Shown here piece after piece: positions 1 through 13,448 of a stretch of 64,000 bases of DNA. The stretch comes from Mobula hypostoma (taxonomy: Eukaryota). The position numbers and the translations under genes were made by a program. The notes beneath the pieces were generated by a model. It made no database searches and had not been told where the DNA came from. It was given only the letters and a program-made list of their open reading frames with translations. The stretch lies in assembly GCF_963921235.1 (NCBI RefSeq), contig NC_086097.1, forward strand, positions 229,030,001 through 229,094,000, given 5' to 3'. The number at the start of each line of letters is the position of its first letter. The first letter of the stretch is position 1.

Positions 1-125
1 GCGTTTCCCCAACGTAGAGGAGGCTGCCTCAGGAGCACTGGATACAGTAGATGACCCCCAACAGATTAGCAGGTGAAGTGTTGGACTGTTTGGGGCCTTG
101 AAGGAGGAGGTGAATGGGCAGGTAA
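1..125 (-). mobile_element. Penelope-like element fragment (GIY-YIG endonuclease region)
   Basis: Reverse complement matches the 14450-14560 region of the Penelope copy (GPKQS..HFTC..GVIYCI.CS). Confidence 0.65.
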
Positions 126-509
126 AGAGTGCAGTGGAGGCAAATGATAAATTGCAAGGTCACGACGAGGTCCATTGTGAAGCCAAACATTCATCTTATC
201 ATACAAGAGGACAGATCAAAATCTGATTCTTTTTACATCTCCCCTCTACTCTGTGCCAAAAGTCAGAATGTCTCAAACCTACTAGCCTATTCCCACTTCT
301 GAGTATTCTCCATCATTTGGTCCAAATCCTGAAACTCTTTGCCCAACAGCATAATGGGATACCTTCAACAGAAAGGCAACAGTGGTTGGCAACACCCTGA
401 GCATGAAAATGAATGTGAAAGAAACAAAACTCCTTGCCCCTGACACTGTTGCAAAAACTATCTATCCTCCCTTCACAAACACATGTGATTCTACAGATAC
501 AGGAAATCC

Positions 510-805
510 AGACGAGCACACACTGTTGAAGGGGCATCCTTTTAGAATGGAGATGAGGAGGAATTTCTTCAGCTACAGAGTGGTGAATCTGCGGAATTTG
601 CTCCCACAGGCAGCGGTGGAGGCCAGATCATTGGATATATTTAAGGCAGAGGTTGATAGATCCTTGATTAGTCAGGATATGAAGGGATATGAAGAGAAGG
701 CAGGAGATTGGGGCTGAGGGGGGAAATTGGATCAGTCGTGATGAAATGGTGGAGCAGACACAATGGGCCAAGTGGCCTAATTCTGCTCCTGTATAGTTAT
801 GGTCT
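510..805 (+). mobile_element. CR1 LINE 3' end
   Basis: Reads GHPFRMEMRRNFFSYRVVNLRNLLPQAAVEA, the CR1 ORF2 C-terminus, followed by the shared 3' UTR. Confidence 0.85.
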
Positions 806-3344
806 CAGCCCGAAACGTCGGCTCTTTATTCCTCTACGTAGATGCTGCCTGACCTGCTGAGTTCCTCCAGCATTTTGTGTGTGTTGCTGTCCTCCCTTTA
901 TTAGTGCTGTCCAAAAGCAATCTGCACTTTTTAATTTTGGTCTCAATTTGGCTTCAGAAAAGCACACATAAAGGAATGTATAAAGTAAGGATATTTATTG
1001 AAAAGATGTAACATAATCAAGACCACTGATTTTGTTTCAATCCCACAAAATATTAACAAAAGCTTTAGCAATAGTATAAAGTAAAGGTACATTTAAGAAA
1101 GCAGGGACTAAGAGGTATGTATTACATTCATTATTTAAATGGATGTTTAAGGCATTAAGATAAACATTGTCTGAGAAACCTCCATCAGTCAAATGAGCTT
1201 TCAGTCAAATTTAGAGGAAAAAAAATCTGCTTGTATTTTGGTTTTTCTGAATTTACCCATAAATTTAAGAGGCAGTGTTGTGTCGTTTGCTTTCACGCAC
1301 CCTTAGAGATGGCGGTGGTCAAATACAGAAGGTCACACTTATCTACAGGTTTGCTACAATTTCATCCCAACTCAAAACAGCACTACTCCCGATCAAGATG
1401 TAAAACAGCATTTGGATCAGTGAGCCCAGACCAGGACTTCCAATGGCTCCAAACCAAAATCTCATATTGGAACCACTTCTAAACTATGGAGGCAGTTTTG
1501 CTTCCTTCCTCCATCAGTGGGCTTTAAAGTCAAAGACAAGTGATAAGATTACTCTGTCTGCAGCAACCTCTCTAACCCCAAACCCCCACCCCCATCAGGC
1601 ACAAAATCCTTAATCTTCCAAACACCAATGGTCTCCATGTTTAAAGATTAAACAGTTGAGCACCTTGCAGCCAAAGAAGTACACGGGATTAAACTGTCGA
1701 CCGTGTCTGGCATTTGGTTTAAATTTCAAGTGCTTTGCTTTTGAACAATTGCTCTGAACTCTAAACCAAACACATCGAGGCTAAGCCCTTATCTTGACTG
1801 CTCTTCTGCTGTACTTTCTCATCAGCCACTCCACAAAAACCAGCCCTGTGACTGAGCATTCAGGGAGCAAGCAAAGGGCAATTAGATCCATTTCCACCAC
1901 TGAGAGCAGGGATGCACAATAGAGCAGTTTTCTTTTAAGGGTGCTTAATATCTCTTCCAGACATTCCCTAACCATTTCCAGTGCTCAGTCTTACTTCCTT
2001 GCACAGAAACCAAGAGGAAATTTAGAACAAATGGGTAAAAATATGCTTAGAAGTAAGTTTTTAAAAAAAAAGTTACTTCTGAGCATACTTCTATTCATTT
2101 ATTCTGTATGTGAATTACCCATTTGTAACCAGTATATCTGCAGTCTTTATACTGTTGCCAATTCAATACTATTTCAAAAGGCCTTCGTGACATAGGGACT
2201 TTTTCACAATGTATGTGATGCAATATGTAATTATCCAAAAACTTTAAAAATTGGTACCATTATATTTTAAATATGGAATATACCAAGGGGCAGATAAAAT
2301 AGTCCAACACAATTTATTTTATTGCCAGCAAATTTAATAATGAAATTCATTTAAATTCCACAGGTAATTTGCAGTATTAAAAAGCACCACTGTAACAATT
2401 CTTTGATGGGCATTCTTAAGACAACTTGGAGTAAACTAAAATTCTCATAGCAAAACCTAAATGACAGAGAACATAAGAGTTATTTTAATTGTCGTATATA
2501 CATTTACTGTTTTGAATTTTCCTCTTTCTCTACCACACTCTAGGTTCCCTTAGCAATGCACTGAATTCTTTTTTTAAATAAGGTTCCTTGTAGATAAAGT
2601 ATGCATTGCATTGAGGAACTGTGAACAAAAACCAAATAACAACAGAGTAAACAGCATCAGAATGGAAAGGAGGAAAACAGACGCATTTGAAGAAAGGCAA
2701 TGAGGAATTTTTAATGAGTCACAGACTAGCCGATAAATGACAATTCTAATAAGAAGGGGATAAGCAGAAATGTGTTATTTAACTAGATCCTGTAGAGATT
2801 CACAAGGTGCAAAGAACCATTAGCTGGGAACCTTGGCACACAATTCAACAATTCCTGGAACTTTATACAATGTAATAAAGCCATAGATCACTGCACGACT
2901 CCAAAGGCATCATGAGAAGTTGAGGATATGCCTTCTCAGAACCTTTCCTTTAAAACTGTACAGTTGGGCCTTGAAAAAGATTCAGAATGAACAAGTGGAA
3001 TTTACTTTTCAGCCTTGCCTGTGATTGCAATGAGAAAGTCATTACTTTTTTTAAAATTGTGCACACACTCTGATACGTTATTTGAGGTCATTTAAATGTT
3101 TGACCAAGCAAGAGGTTGTCAAATTTGGGGAAGATCACTGCTTCGTCTCAATCAATTTGCGTCTAATTCCCAAATTTACTTACCTTAAACCAAAGTTCCA
3201 GCACTAATCGTCTACAACAAAGTATTAAACTTTCATAATCTATTGTATTGCATTGCAGCCAGCTTGAAGATAGCTGTTTCCAAATATTCAAAGTGAATTC
3301 TCTAAAGAGAGTCTAGGCTTTAAAAACCATTACACCACTGAGAG

Positions 3345-4655
3345 GCATAGAATACTACAGCACAGAAACAGGCCCCTCACCCATCAAGTCCATGTCTACG
3401 CATTTATCGGCCTAGTCCCATCAACCTGTAACCAGAACTCAGCCTTGCATACCCTTCCCATCCATGCACCTATCCAAATTTCACTTCAATGTTTAGATCA
3501 AACCCACATCCACCAGCAGCTCATTCCAAACTCTCACCATCCTGAATGAAGTTTCTCCTCAAGTTTCCCTTAAATATTTCACCTTTCATCCTTAACTCAT
3601 GACCTCTAGTTCCAGTCTCACCCTACCTCAATAGAAAAAGCCTGCTTGCATTTACCCTTTCTTTACCCCTCATAATTTTAGTATACCTCCATCAAATCTC
3701 CCCTCATTCTCCTACATAGTCATAGTCATACTTTATTGATCCCGAGGGAAATTGGTTTCGTTACGGTTGCACCATAAATAATTAAATAGTAATATGTAAA
3801 TTATGCCAGGGAATAAGTCCAGGACCAGCCTATTGGCTCAGGGTGCCTGACCCTCCAAGGGAGGAGTTGTAAAGTTTGATGGCCACAGGCAGGAATGACT
3901 TCCTATGACGCTCAGTGTTGCATCTGGGTGGAATACGCTTGAGGGAATGAAGTCCGAACCTATTCAGACTTTCCCTATAACTCAGGCTCTCACATCCTAA
4001 CAACATCCTTGTAAACTTTCCCTGCACTGTTTTAATCTTACTGACATCTACCCTAGGCAGGTGAACAAAACTGCACACAATACTCCAAATTAGGCCTCAC
4101 CAACATTTTATACAACTTCAACATCCCAACTTCTGTACACGATATTTTGATTTATGAAGGCCAATGTCCCAAAAGCTTTCTTTACAACTCTTATCTACCT
4201 GTGATGCTACTTTCAAGGAATCATGAATTGGTATTCCCAGATCTCTCTAACGCACTCATCGTGTAAGTCGCACGCTGGTTGGTCCTTCCAAAGTGCAACA
4301 CCTCACATTTGTCTGCATTAAATTCCATCTGCCATTTTTCAGCCCACTTTTCCAGCTGGTCCAGACCTGCTGTAAGCTTTGATCACTGCAAACTTCCCTC
4401 ATTGTCCACTATGCCCTTAGTCTTAGTGTCAGCTGCAAATGTGCTGATCCAGTTTCCTACATTGGAAAGATCGTTGATATGGATGACAGAAAACAGACCC
4501 TGCATCGATCCCTGTGGCACACCACCAGTCACAGGACTTCAGCTTTAGCGGCAAACATCTATTACCCTCTCTGACTTCTCCCACAAAGCCAATTTGCTAT
4601 CTCATCCTGTATGCTAAGCGACTGAGGTTCTTTGCCCAGATTCCCATGTGGGACC
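3345..4655 (-). mobile_element. Decayed CR1 LINE (RT to 3' tail), interrupted by a Rex1-like insert
   Basis: Antisense CR1 RT/C-terminal sequence; tail at about 3345. Confidence 0.8.
3715..3933 (-). mobile_element. Rex1/Babar-like LINE 3' end nested in CR1
   Basis: (ACTATG)n tail and IPPRCNTERHRKSFLPVAIKLYNSS C-terminus; near-identical to 26070-26400. Confidence 0.75.
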
Positions 4656-4873
4656 TTATCAAAGGCCTTGCTAAAATTATATCATGGTTACAATAAATTG
4701 TTTGTTTCATTGTTTTAGACGTGCAAATTACTGGTCAAAAAGAAATCTGGCAATATTTCTTTTGCCAGGTTTATTGTGGGCCATATATCATGAAAAGCAA
4801 TGATACTCCAGTATTAAAAAGATCAGAGTTGAACATTTGCTAAACTCTGCAAGGACTGCATATCATTTACAGG

Positions 4874-5657
4874 ACATAGGAGTAGAATTAGTCCATTTGG
4901 CCCATTGAATCTGCTCCACCATTCAATCATGGCTGATCTTTCTTTTCTATCTCCTCCTCAACCCAAGTTCCAGGCCTTCTCCCTGTAACCTTTGATGCCA
5001 TGTCCAATCAAGAACCCATCAATCTCTGCCTTTAGTACACCCAACGACCTGTCCTCCACAGCTGCATGTGGCAACAAATTCCACAAATTCACCACCCTTT
5101 GGCTAAAGAAATTTCTCCACATCTCTGTTTTGAAAGGGCGCCCCTCTACCCTGAGGCTCTGCCCTCTTGTCCTAGACTCTCCCACCATGGGAAACGTCCT
5201 TTCCACATCTACTCTGTCTCGGCCTTTCAACATTCCAAAGGTTTCAATGAGATCCCCCCTCATGTTTTTGAATTCCAGTGAATACAGACCCAGAAACATT
5301 CAACGTTCCTCGTATGATAACCCCTTCATTCCTGGAATTATCCTTGTGAATCTCCTCTGGACCCTCTCCAATGCCAGCACATCTTTTCTAAGATGAGGGG
5401 CCCAAAACTGTTCTCAATACTCAAGGTGAGGCCTCATCAGTGCCTTATAAAGCCTCAGCATCACATCCTTGCTCTTGTATTTTAGAACTCTTGAAATGAA
5501 TGCTAATGTGACATTTGCCTTCTTCACCACTGACTCAACCTGCAAGTTAACCTTCAGGGTGTTCTGCACAAGGACTCCCAAGTCCCCCTGAATCTCAGAT
5601 TCCTGGATTTTCTCCCCGTTTAGAAACCAGTCCGCACATTTATTTCTACTACCAAAG
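4874..5657 (-). mobile_element. CR1 LINE 3' fragment
   Basis: ORFs 4958-5299 and 5414-5680 (RPHLEY, GLYSLEF..MRGDLIET, NFFSQRVVNLWN). Confidence 0.9.
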
Positions 5658-6401
5658 AGCTGAATACACTTAACTGACAATTTTCTGGCTTTGCATTGAA
5701 TTCCAATTTAACTACATAATAAAAAAAAGACTCATTCTTGCATTATTTTTATTTCAGAATTTTATCACAGATCACGAAAGTCAGCGACGGGCTATTTCTT
5801 GTGCTTTTCCCAAGGAGGAGAATCTTGCCTCCAATCAGCATACCATTGGTACAGATAAAACCAGGAAACTATTATGTGGAGAATGTGTAGATTTGGATCA
5901 TTGAGATAAAAAACAACTGGATGTGATTCCTGTTGGATGATATGGCGCGTGAAGGTTAAGCATAGACAGGGTTCAGTTCAGTACAGATTTGGAGAAGAAT
6001 TGATGTCCCATCAAGTTATGGGAAGGCATCCAATATCCTTTGGGTCTGTTCCTTTGCTTGCGTTTTTGTTTTCACACAGAAGGAAAAAGGTGAAAAAAAG
6101 GTCCCAGATAAGATGCCATTCCATACTTCCACAATCTGGATACCCTCAAAAATCTTATGAATTATGGCAGCAAATAAACAAAAGATTAAAAGTTTACAGA
6201 ATCTTACAGCATAGAAAAGGGCCCTTTGGACCATTAACTTTTCCACACAAATATTACTTAATTTTCCTTTTTTGTTAAAACCTGTTTTAACTTTAACATT
6301 CCAAATGGTCACAATTGTGCATTGCATGACAGAGTGTCAGCTGGCCAGGACACCTTACCTGTTTTGTGTCAGGCGTGGATGTCTCTTAAAGATGTTTGGA
6401 A

Positions 6402-6710
6402 GGGCACACAGTAGAGTAAAGGTTAGCGCAGTCACTTTATAGTGCTAGCGGTCACTAATCCAGGTTCGATTCCTGCCCGTCTGTAAGAAATTTGTACATT
6501 CTCCCTGTGGCCGCGTGGAATTCCTCCCACATTCAGAAGATCCGCTGATTAATAAGGATCAGTAAGTTGTGGGCAAGCTATGTTTGCAATGAAAGTGTGG
6601 TGACTCTTGCAGGCTGCCCCCAGCACATCCTCGGACTGTGTTGGTCGTTGACACAAAACAGAGCCTTTCACTGTAGTTTCGATGTACATGTGACAAATAG
6701 AGCTAATCTG
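6402..6710 (+). mobile_element. tRNA-derived SINE (V-SINE/HE1-like)
   Basis: B-box GGTTCGATTCC followed by the central TTTGTACATTCTCCCTGTG..CCTCCCACATTC domain that recurs through the window. Confidence 0.7.
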
Positions 6711-7684
6711 CCTCTGGGTAACATAACACTTTTCACTGTGTCATATTACAAGATAAAATGTCCACCTAGATTGATCATTGGCACCGCTCTCCTCTCTAGC
6801 AAATTCAACAGGAAACGAAAATCTCTGCAGCCATTCTATGAAAAATATTCCTCATTAAATGTATGACATAGAATCTGAACTAACAACTTATATAAATGCC
6901 AGTGCTTATAAACAAAAGAACAGTTGCAACAGACCAATCAAACATAGATATGGATTTCTAGTAACGTGCCTGCTTTTTGAAAGAATGCTCCGATGCCTCC
7001 TAACAAGCCCAAAAATTCTCCAATTTTGCATTTTTCCTTATTTCGTCCCAAAAAGGTTTGGACCACTTGTGGAGTTTCTTGCAAGAGTGGGAAGAAAGGG
7101 AAAAGGAGTATACTTCAAGCTAAAGGGAAATATTTAGGACTGGAATGCAGTAAAGAAAGTAAGCACAAATTAAAAGTTAAGTATTTAACTCCATGCAATT
7201 TTACCAATACTCAACTTTCTATTAGTCGGGTTTGCTGGGGCGTAAAAAAAAAGATGTGGGTCAATTGGAGAACAAATGTCGCTATGCTGCAGTGCCATAG
7301 TATTTTCATTCTTACTGATTCAGGAGGTAGAGTTCAGTTTTCCCAGAGTATAGAATTACTGATGCACAATGTCCAGGTGATAATTTACTTAAATATAAAC
7401 TACTACTTTTACAAACTTTTGAAAACTTTTCTCTATGTGTCTTTAGCTACCTATTGAAATTCCATCCACCTCCATATTAAAAAGACAACAAAGCATATTT
7501 GTTTTGATTGTATGATTTCAGTTACTCGAGAAACTAAAATACACAAGAGAAAAGGAATGCAATCTAACATGCTCAAAGGTGCCCGTTAGACCCTCATACG
7601 GCAGATTAGTCTCTGCTGCTACTCAATATAATTCCAAAGTAAATCAAACTAAATACCTGTTTAGTGCAGAAGTTAGTAAATATA

Positions 7685-8095
7685 CAGTACTGTGCAAAGT
7701 CTTAGATGTAAAAAAAATCTGTAAAGCAAAGATGCTTTCAAAAATAATGAAATGAAAAATTTCTAAATATCAAAAAATACTATCAAGAGCAGTAAACAGG
7801 AAAAAAAACTAAATAAAATCAATATCTTGGGAGACCACCTTTGCCTTTAAAACTGCATCAAATCTCTTAGGTACATTGTCACAAAGTTTTAAAAGAAAAT
7901 CGCCTGACAGGTTTTTCCAAGCATCTTGGAGAACTTGCCACAGGTCTTCTGCAGACTTTGGCTGTCTTGCTTTCTTCTGTCTCCTCAGGTAATCTGAGAC
8001 AGCTTTGGTGATGTTGAGATCAGGGCTCTGTGGAGGTCATACCATCAGAAACAATATATAAAATCTAGGGGGCCTAAGACTTTTGCGCAGTACTG
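7685..8095. mobile_element. Tc1/mariner non-autonomous MITE
   Basis: TIRs CAGTACTGTGCAAAGTCTTAG ... CTAAGACTTTTGCGCAGTACTG, flanked by TA on both sides. Confidence 0.9.
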
Positions 8096-9364
8096 TATAA
8101 AATGTTTTAATTAAACAGGCCAATTCCCCCAAAGGGCAAATGCAAATTATTGCATGGTATTTCACATATATTTCAGAACTGATATTGGTTAGGCACAGAA
8201 AATAAGGCAAAGCACATCCCCCACATTCAACATTTTAGGAACAGTTTCTTCCCCTTCGCCATCAGATTTCGGAATGCACAATGGACACTGTCTCACAATT
8301 TCGCTCTGTGCGTCTCGGCCTGAAACATCGACTGTTTACTTACTCATTTCTATAGATGCTGCCTGACCTGCTGAGCATTTTGTGTGCGTTGCTATTTACT
8401 TATTTACTTATTCTCTTATTGTAGCTTATAGTAATTTTAATGTATTGCACTGTACTACTGCCACCAAACAACACATTTCGTGACATATGTCAGTGTTAAT
8501 AAACCCCATTTCCATTCTGACCTAGGGTATTCACATCATCAACACGAGAAGTTCTGCAGATGCTGGAAATCCAGAGCAACACACACAAAATGCTGGAGGA
8601 ACTCAGCAGGTCAGGCAGCTTCTATGGAAGTGAATAAACAGGTGACGTTTCAGGCAGAGACCCTTCTTCAGGACAGGAAAGGAAAGACACCTTCATAGGA
8701 GATTATTAGTCACGTCACTGAACTTTCTAGCCAATTTATACAAGTGTATTGTTGAAAATATCCTGACTGGCTGCAGGATGATCTGTTTCACAGGAATGTA
8801 AGTAGATGCAAAGAGGAGTGGACTTTAGGCACATTCCATCTCACCAGTGCAGCCTCAAGAAGGTAAGATTAAAGATCATAGAATCAGAATCAAAGGTTAT
8901 AAATCTGGCCTATGTGTTTTTTTGAAGACTACATTACCTGCAGCACTGGAGCAACAATTAAATATATGACGGTGGAATGAATTCATTAGGATGAAAATTG
9001 TGTTTGGGACTCTTTCGTGAAGAACTCCCAGACTTTATGACAACTATGATGAATGCACTGGAACTCTCTGCATCAAGAATTCAAACAAAAAGGTGGAGGA
9101 AAGGGTGGAGCACAAAGGGCGGAGATGGCACAGGGTGGGGGAGAAGAGAGCTGGCGGGTGAGGGCAAATGTAAAGGCTGGGTTGGTGGACCAGGACAGAG
9201 TGAGCCTGATGTGGTGAGAAGGGGAAAGCGAGATAGAGAAAGCTGGGTAATATGGGAGAATGGAGTTGTGGGGCAAGTAGAGGCAAGAAATGGTAGAATG
9301 GAAGAGCCAAACAGGTGTGAGAGTGAGGTAGAGGATAACTACACTCAACTTCACTTGCCACATC

Positions 9365-9620
9365 ACTAATATGCTCCTACAGCCTATGAGCTCACTTTTA
9401 AGGACTCTTCATCTCGTGCTCTTGATGTTTATTGTTTATTTATTTATTTATTCTTCTTTTTATATTTGCACATTCTGTTGTCTTTTGCAGACTGGTTGAA
9501 TGCCCAAGTTGACTCTATTATGGTTATGGATTTATTGAGTATGCCCACGAGAAAATGAATCTCAGGATGGTAAATAGTGACATATATATACATTGACAAT
9601 AAATTCACTTTGAACTTTGA
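9365..9620 (+). mobile_element. Rex1/Babar-like LINE 3' UTR
   Basis: Matches the 3' UTR of the RT-bearing copy at 36230-36490; AATAAA plus (ACTTTGA)n tail. Confidence 0.65.
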
Positions 9621-10709
9621 AGGAGGAAAAATAAAGGGAGGATGGATGAGGCATTTAAGAAATGAATAGGGAGCGTAACAGGGTGCTCGGCAAAAAATTC
9701 CCAGCCTGAGCACCAGGAGGGAATAACACACAGGACATTTCCACTTCTGCAAGGACGATCCCATTGAACACTGCCACCTGCTTTACTATAGTGCTCTGTC
9801 ATTTTGAGCTGCAGTTGGCTTTATACAGTGCTGCCCTTTCACAATTTCAAATTTCAGGTTACATCAGTGATAATAAACCCGATTCAGACAAGTGTTAGCC
9901 ACCCACTGAGACACATAACACTCAACAACAGTACACATGCTCATATCGTCTTAATTAGTAGGCAGCACAAAGTTATCTTGTTGCTTGCAGTGGAAGGATC
10001 GATTAAAAATTCATGTCACATCACATTCCCTATGCTCATTTTTGGGGAAAATCAAAATTAGCTGTTGGATGCTAAAATATGGAGAATGTTCTGCTGAACG
10101 GATCCTGACCCGGATCTGGGCCGTACCGTCCAAATATCCAGACCTGCCTCTGGGTTTTTTGGCACTACCTTACTTTCCATTTTTCTATATTCTATTTATG
10201 ATTTATAATTTAAATTTTTAATATTTACTAATTTTTACTATTTTTAATGTTTAATATTTGTAATCCAGGGAGTGGGAAGCGCAGAATCAAATATCGCTGT
10301 GGTGATTGTACGTTCTAGTATCAATTGCTTGGCGACAATAAAGCATAAAGTATAAGTATAATGTATAAGCATGTCTGATGAAAGCGACAGAGAAGAAAGG
10401 TCATCAAAAGTTAAAACAGGATATAGACCAACTGGGAAAGGGGGCAAGGGAATGCAGATGGAATTTTGTGGTGTGATACTATTTGTGAAGTTAAACCAGG
10501 GCAGGAGATACCCAGTGAATGGTAGGACCCTGTCGAGCATTGAACCTTGTGATGCAATTACATCATTCGCTGAAAGTGGCAACACAGGTGGTACATAGTG
10601 GCTTGTCTTCATCAGCCAAGGCATTGAGAACTGGAGCTGGGATGTAATGTTGTGCTGGTACAAAGCGTTAGCTGGGCTGGTTGCTACACCATAGGAAGGA
10701 TATGGCTGT

Positions 10710-11470
10710 GAACACAGAACAGGAACAGGCCCTTCGGCCCACAATGTGGTGTTGGAACAATTAAATTAGTAATTAAATGGCCAACTAAACTTCTGCCTAC
10801 ACAAAGACCATATCCACATTCATGTGCCTATCTAAGTATCTTTTAAAGTCTCTACTGTATCTGCGTCCAACACTACTCTGGGCAGCGCATTCCAGGCTTT
10901 CACCACTCGCTGTGTAAAAAAAGTGCCCCTCACATCTCCTTGAACTTGCCCCCCTCACCTTAAACGCATGCTTTAAATGCTTACCTTAAACGCTTTAGAC
11001 GCTTCAACTGTCTACTCCGTCTGTACATCTCATAATCTTATAAACCTCTAAGAGATCTCCCCTCAGCCTCTGTCACTCCAGAGAAAACAACTCAAGTTTG
11101 TCCAATCTCTCATTATAGGGCACACTCTCTAATCCAGGCGGCATCCTTTTCTGCGCCCCCTCCAAAACCTTCCTAAAGTGGGGTGACTAGAACCCCGCAC
11201 GCAATACTTCAGATGCTAAGAGTTTTATAAAGTTGCTACGTAACTTCTTGACTTTTGAACTCAATGCCTCGACTATGCCTTCTTCACCACCCTATCAACT
11301 TGCGTGGCCACTTTTTGGGAGCTATGAACTTAGACCCAAGATCCCTCTGTTCATCAACACCGTTAATGATTTTGCCCTTAACAGAAGTGTGCTGTCTCTT
11401 AATATTTGTCCTACCAAGGCGCAACACTTCACGTTTAGCCAGGTTAAACTTCATCCGCTATTTCTCCGCC
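10710..11470 (-). mobile_element. Decayed CR1 LINE 3' portion
   Basis: Antisense CR1 3' UTR and C-terminal motifs, heavily mutated. Confidence 0.65.
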
Positions 11471-11964
11471 CACATCTGCAACTGGTCTGTATAACAACAA
11501 TAAATTTCATAACACACTCTAGTGGTATTAAAGCTGATTCTGATTCTGATCCGTACCCCACTGTTTTCTTTGGCAGTTTTATGTTATAAGGGGAGATGGG
11601 ATAAATTGGGTCTATTTTTGCTGAAGCAAAGAAGGCAGAGAGGTGACATGGGAGAGGCTTATACACTTGAGAGGCATGGAAAGGGTCAGGAGCCAGAATC
11701 TGTTTCCCACATAGGGGGGTCTAAAACTAGAGAGCACAGGCTTAAGGAGAGAGGGAGGAAGTTTGAAGGGTATCCGAGAACTAAGCTTTCCACCTTGGCT
11801 GCTGCTACAAGAGTTGGTGAAGCAGGAATATTTAAGAGGCATCTGGACAGGTATTTGAATGAGCTGGATGTAGAGGGGTATGGAATTACTGCAGATGAAC
11901 AGGATTAGAATAGACAGATATGATGATTGGCAAAGATGAGGTGGGCTGACCCATGCTGTACAAC

Positions 11965-12245
11965 TGCAATGGTAGCGTGACACTATTACAAGCTCAGGGT
12001 GTTGGGAGTTCAGAGTTCAAATCTGCTATCCTCTGTTAGCAAGTTTGTATGTCCCTTCCTTATGTGTGTGTGGGTTTCCTCTGCATGCTTCATTTTCCTA
12101 CCACAGTTTAAACAGGTACCGGTTAGAAGATTACTTGGTCATTATAAATTGCCCTGTGATTAGGCTAGGGCTAAATCAGTGGGTTGCTAGACGATGCAAC
12201 TCGAAGGGCTGAAAGGGCCTGTTCTGTGTTGTATCTCTAAAATGA
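11965..12245 (+). mobile_element. tRNA-derived V-SINE-like element
   Basis: GAGTTCAAATC B-box-like motif, central domain, and GAAAGGGCCTGTTCTGTGTTGTATCTCTAAA tail. Confidence 0.65.
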
Positions 12246-13448
12246 ATTTAAAAAGAAAACACTATCACTCAGTTTTCCAAAGTTCTGACTTAGAGAAGTG
12301 GTCCCATCCCTTCATTGCAAAACTACAGCAGGAGGAAATCAACTCTGGGGAAAAGTCGAGGAGGGATAAAGTAGAAATTTGGAGATTAGTTTGTCTAAAC
12401 TCTTATTATAATTATTAGCATCTATTAACAAAAGATAATGGATGTCAGAGAATTGGGGTACAGAATCATAGATCATTAGAGATCCTTGGGAACCAGAAAA
12501 TAAAATTGACTAGAGGACAAAAATATAAGTTATCCTACAGCTATGCAGAACCCTGGTCCAACCACATGGAGTGCTAAGCACAGCCCTGGATAACAGTCCT
12601 GAGGAAGCAAACATTGGTCTAGGTCAGAGGAACTGTAGCAATGGTTTAGACCACAACCCATCAGGATATAGGAGTAGAATTGGGCCATTGAGTCTGCTAT
12701 GCTGTTCAATTTTCTATTTTTAAATTTAGTAATACAGCACAGTAACAGGCTCTGCTGTCCCAACAATTCTGCACACCTAATCACACTCAAGTGACCAATT
12801 AACTTATTAACTTGTATGTCTTTGGAATGTGGGAGGAAACTGGAACAACTGAAGGAATCCTTTTTCAACCACATTCTCCTGCCTTCTCCCCATAATCCTT
12901 AACCCCCCCCTTACCAATCAAGGAGTAATCAACCTCTGCCTTAAATATACCCAACAACTTGGCCTCCACAGCCCTCCATGGCAATAAAGTCCACAGAATC
13001 AACACCCTCTGCCCAAAGAAATTCTTCCTCATCTCTGTTGTACATCCTCTCCAGGGCTAGCACATCTTTCCTTACATGAAGGGCCTGGAATTGCTCACAA
13101 AATTACAGATGTCTGAGTGTTGGTAATAAACCAATACTGATACCCATACTGTCTGATCAACACCTTACACTGCCTCAGCTGTACATCTTTGCCTTTATAT
13201 TTCAGTCCTCTCAAAATAAATGCTTTCGTTGAATTTGCCTTCCTTACTACCAACTCAACGTCCACCTATCATGGTACCATCTGCAGGCCTGACCCCAAGT
13301 GTCATTTCCTTCATCCAGATCATTAATATCAAATTTCAAAGCTGTGGTCCCAACACTGACCCCTGCAAAACTCTAAAATACACAAGTGGGGAGAGGGAAA
13401 GGAATACAAGCTGGCAGGCGATAGGTGAGTCCAGATGAGAGGGAAGGT

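Noticed and set aside
3184..3211. 28-nt minus-strand exon (RLVLELWFK) with perfect AAG|GTAAGT donor
   Set aside because: Such a donor is expected by chance in a window this size, and I recognise no protein.
5758..6170. Possible plus-strand terminal exon after a T-rich acceptor
   Set aside because: All frames from the acceptor stop within about 50 codons and none is recognisable.
6402..6480. tRNA gene
   Set aside because: No cloverleaf; it is a degenerate SINE head.
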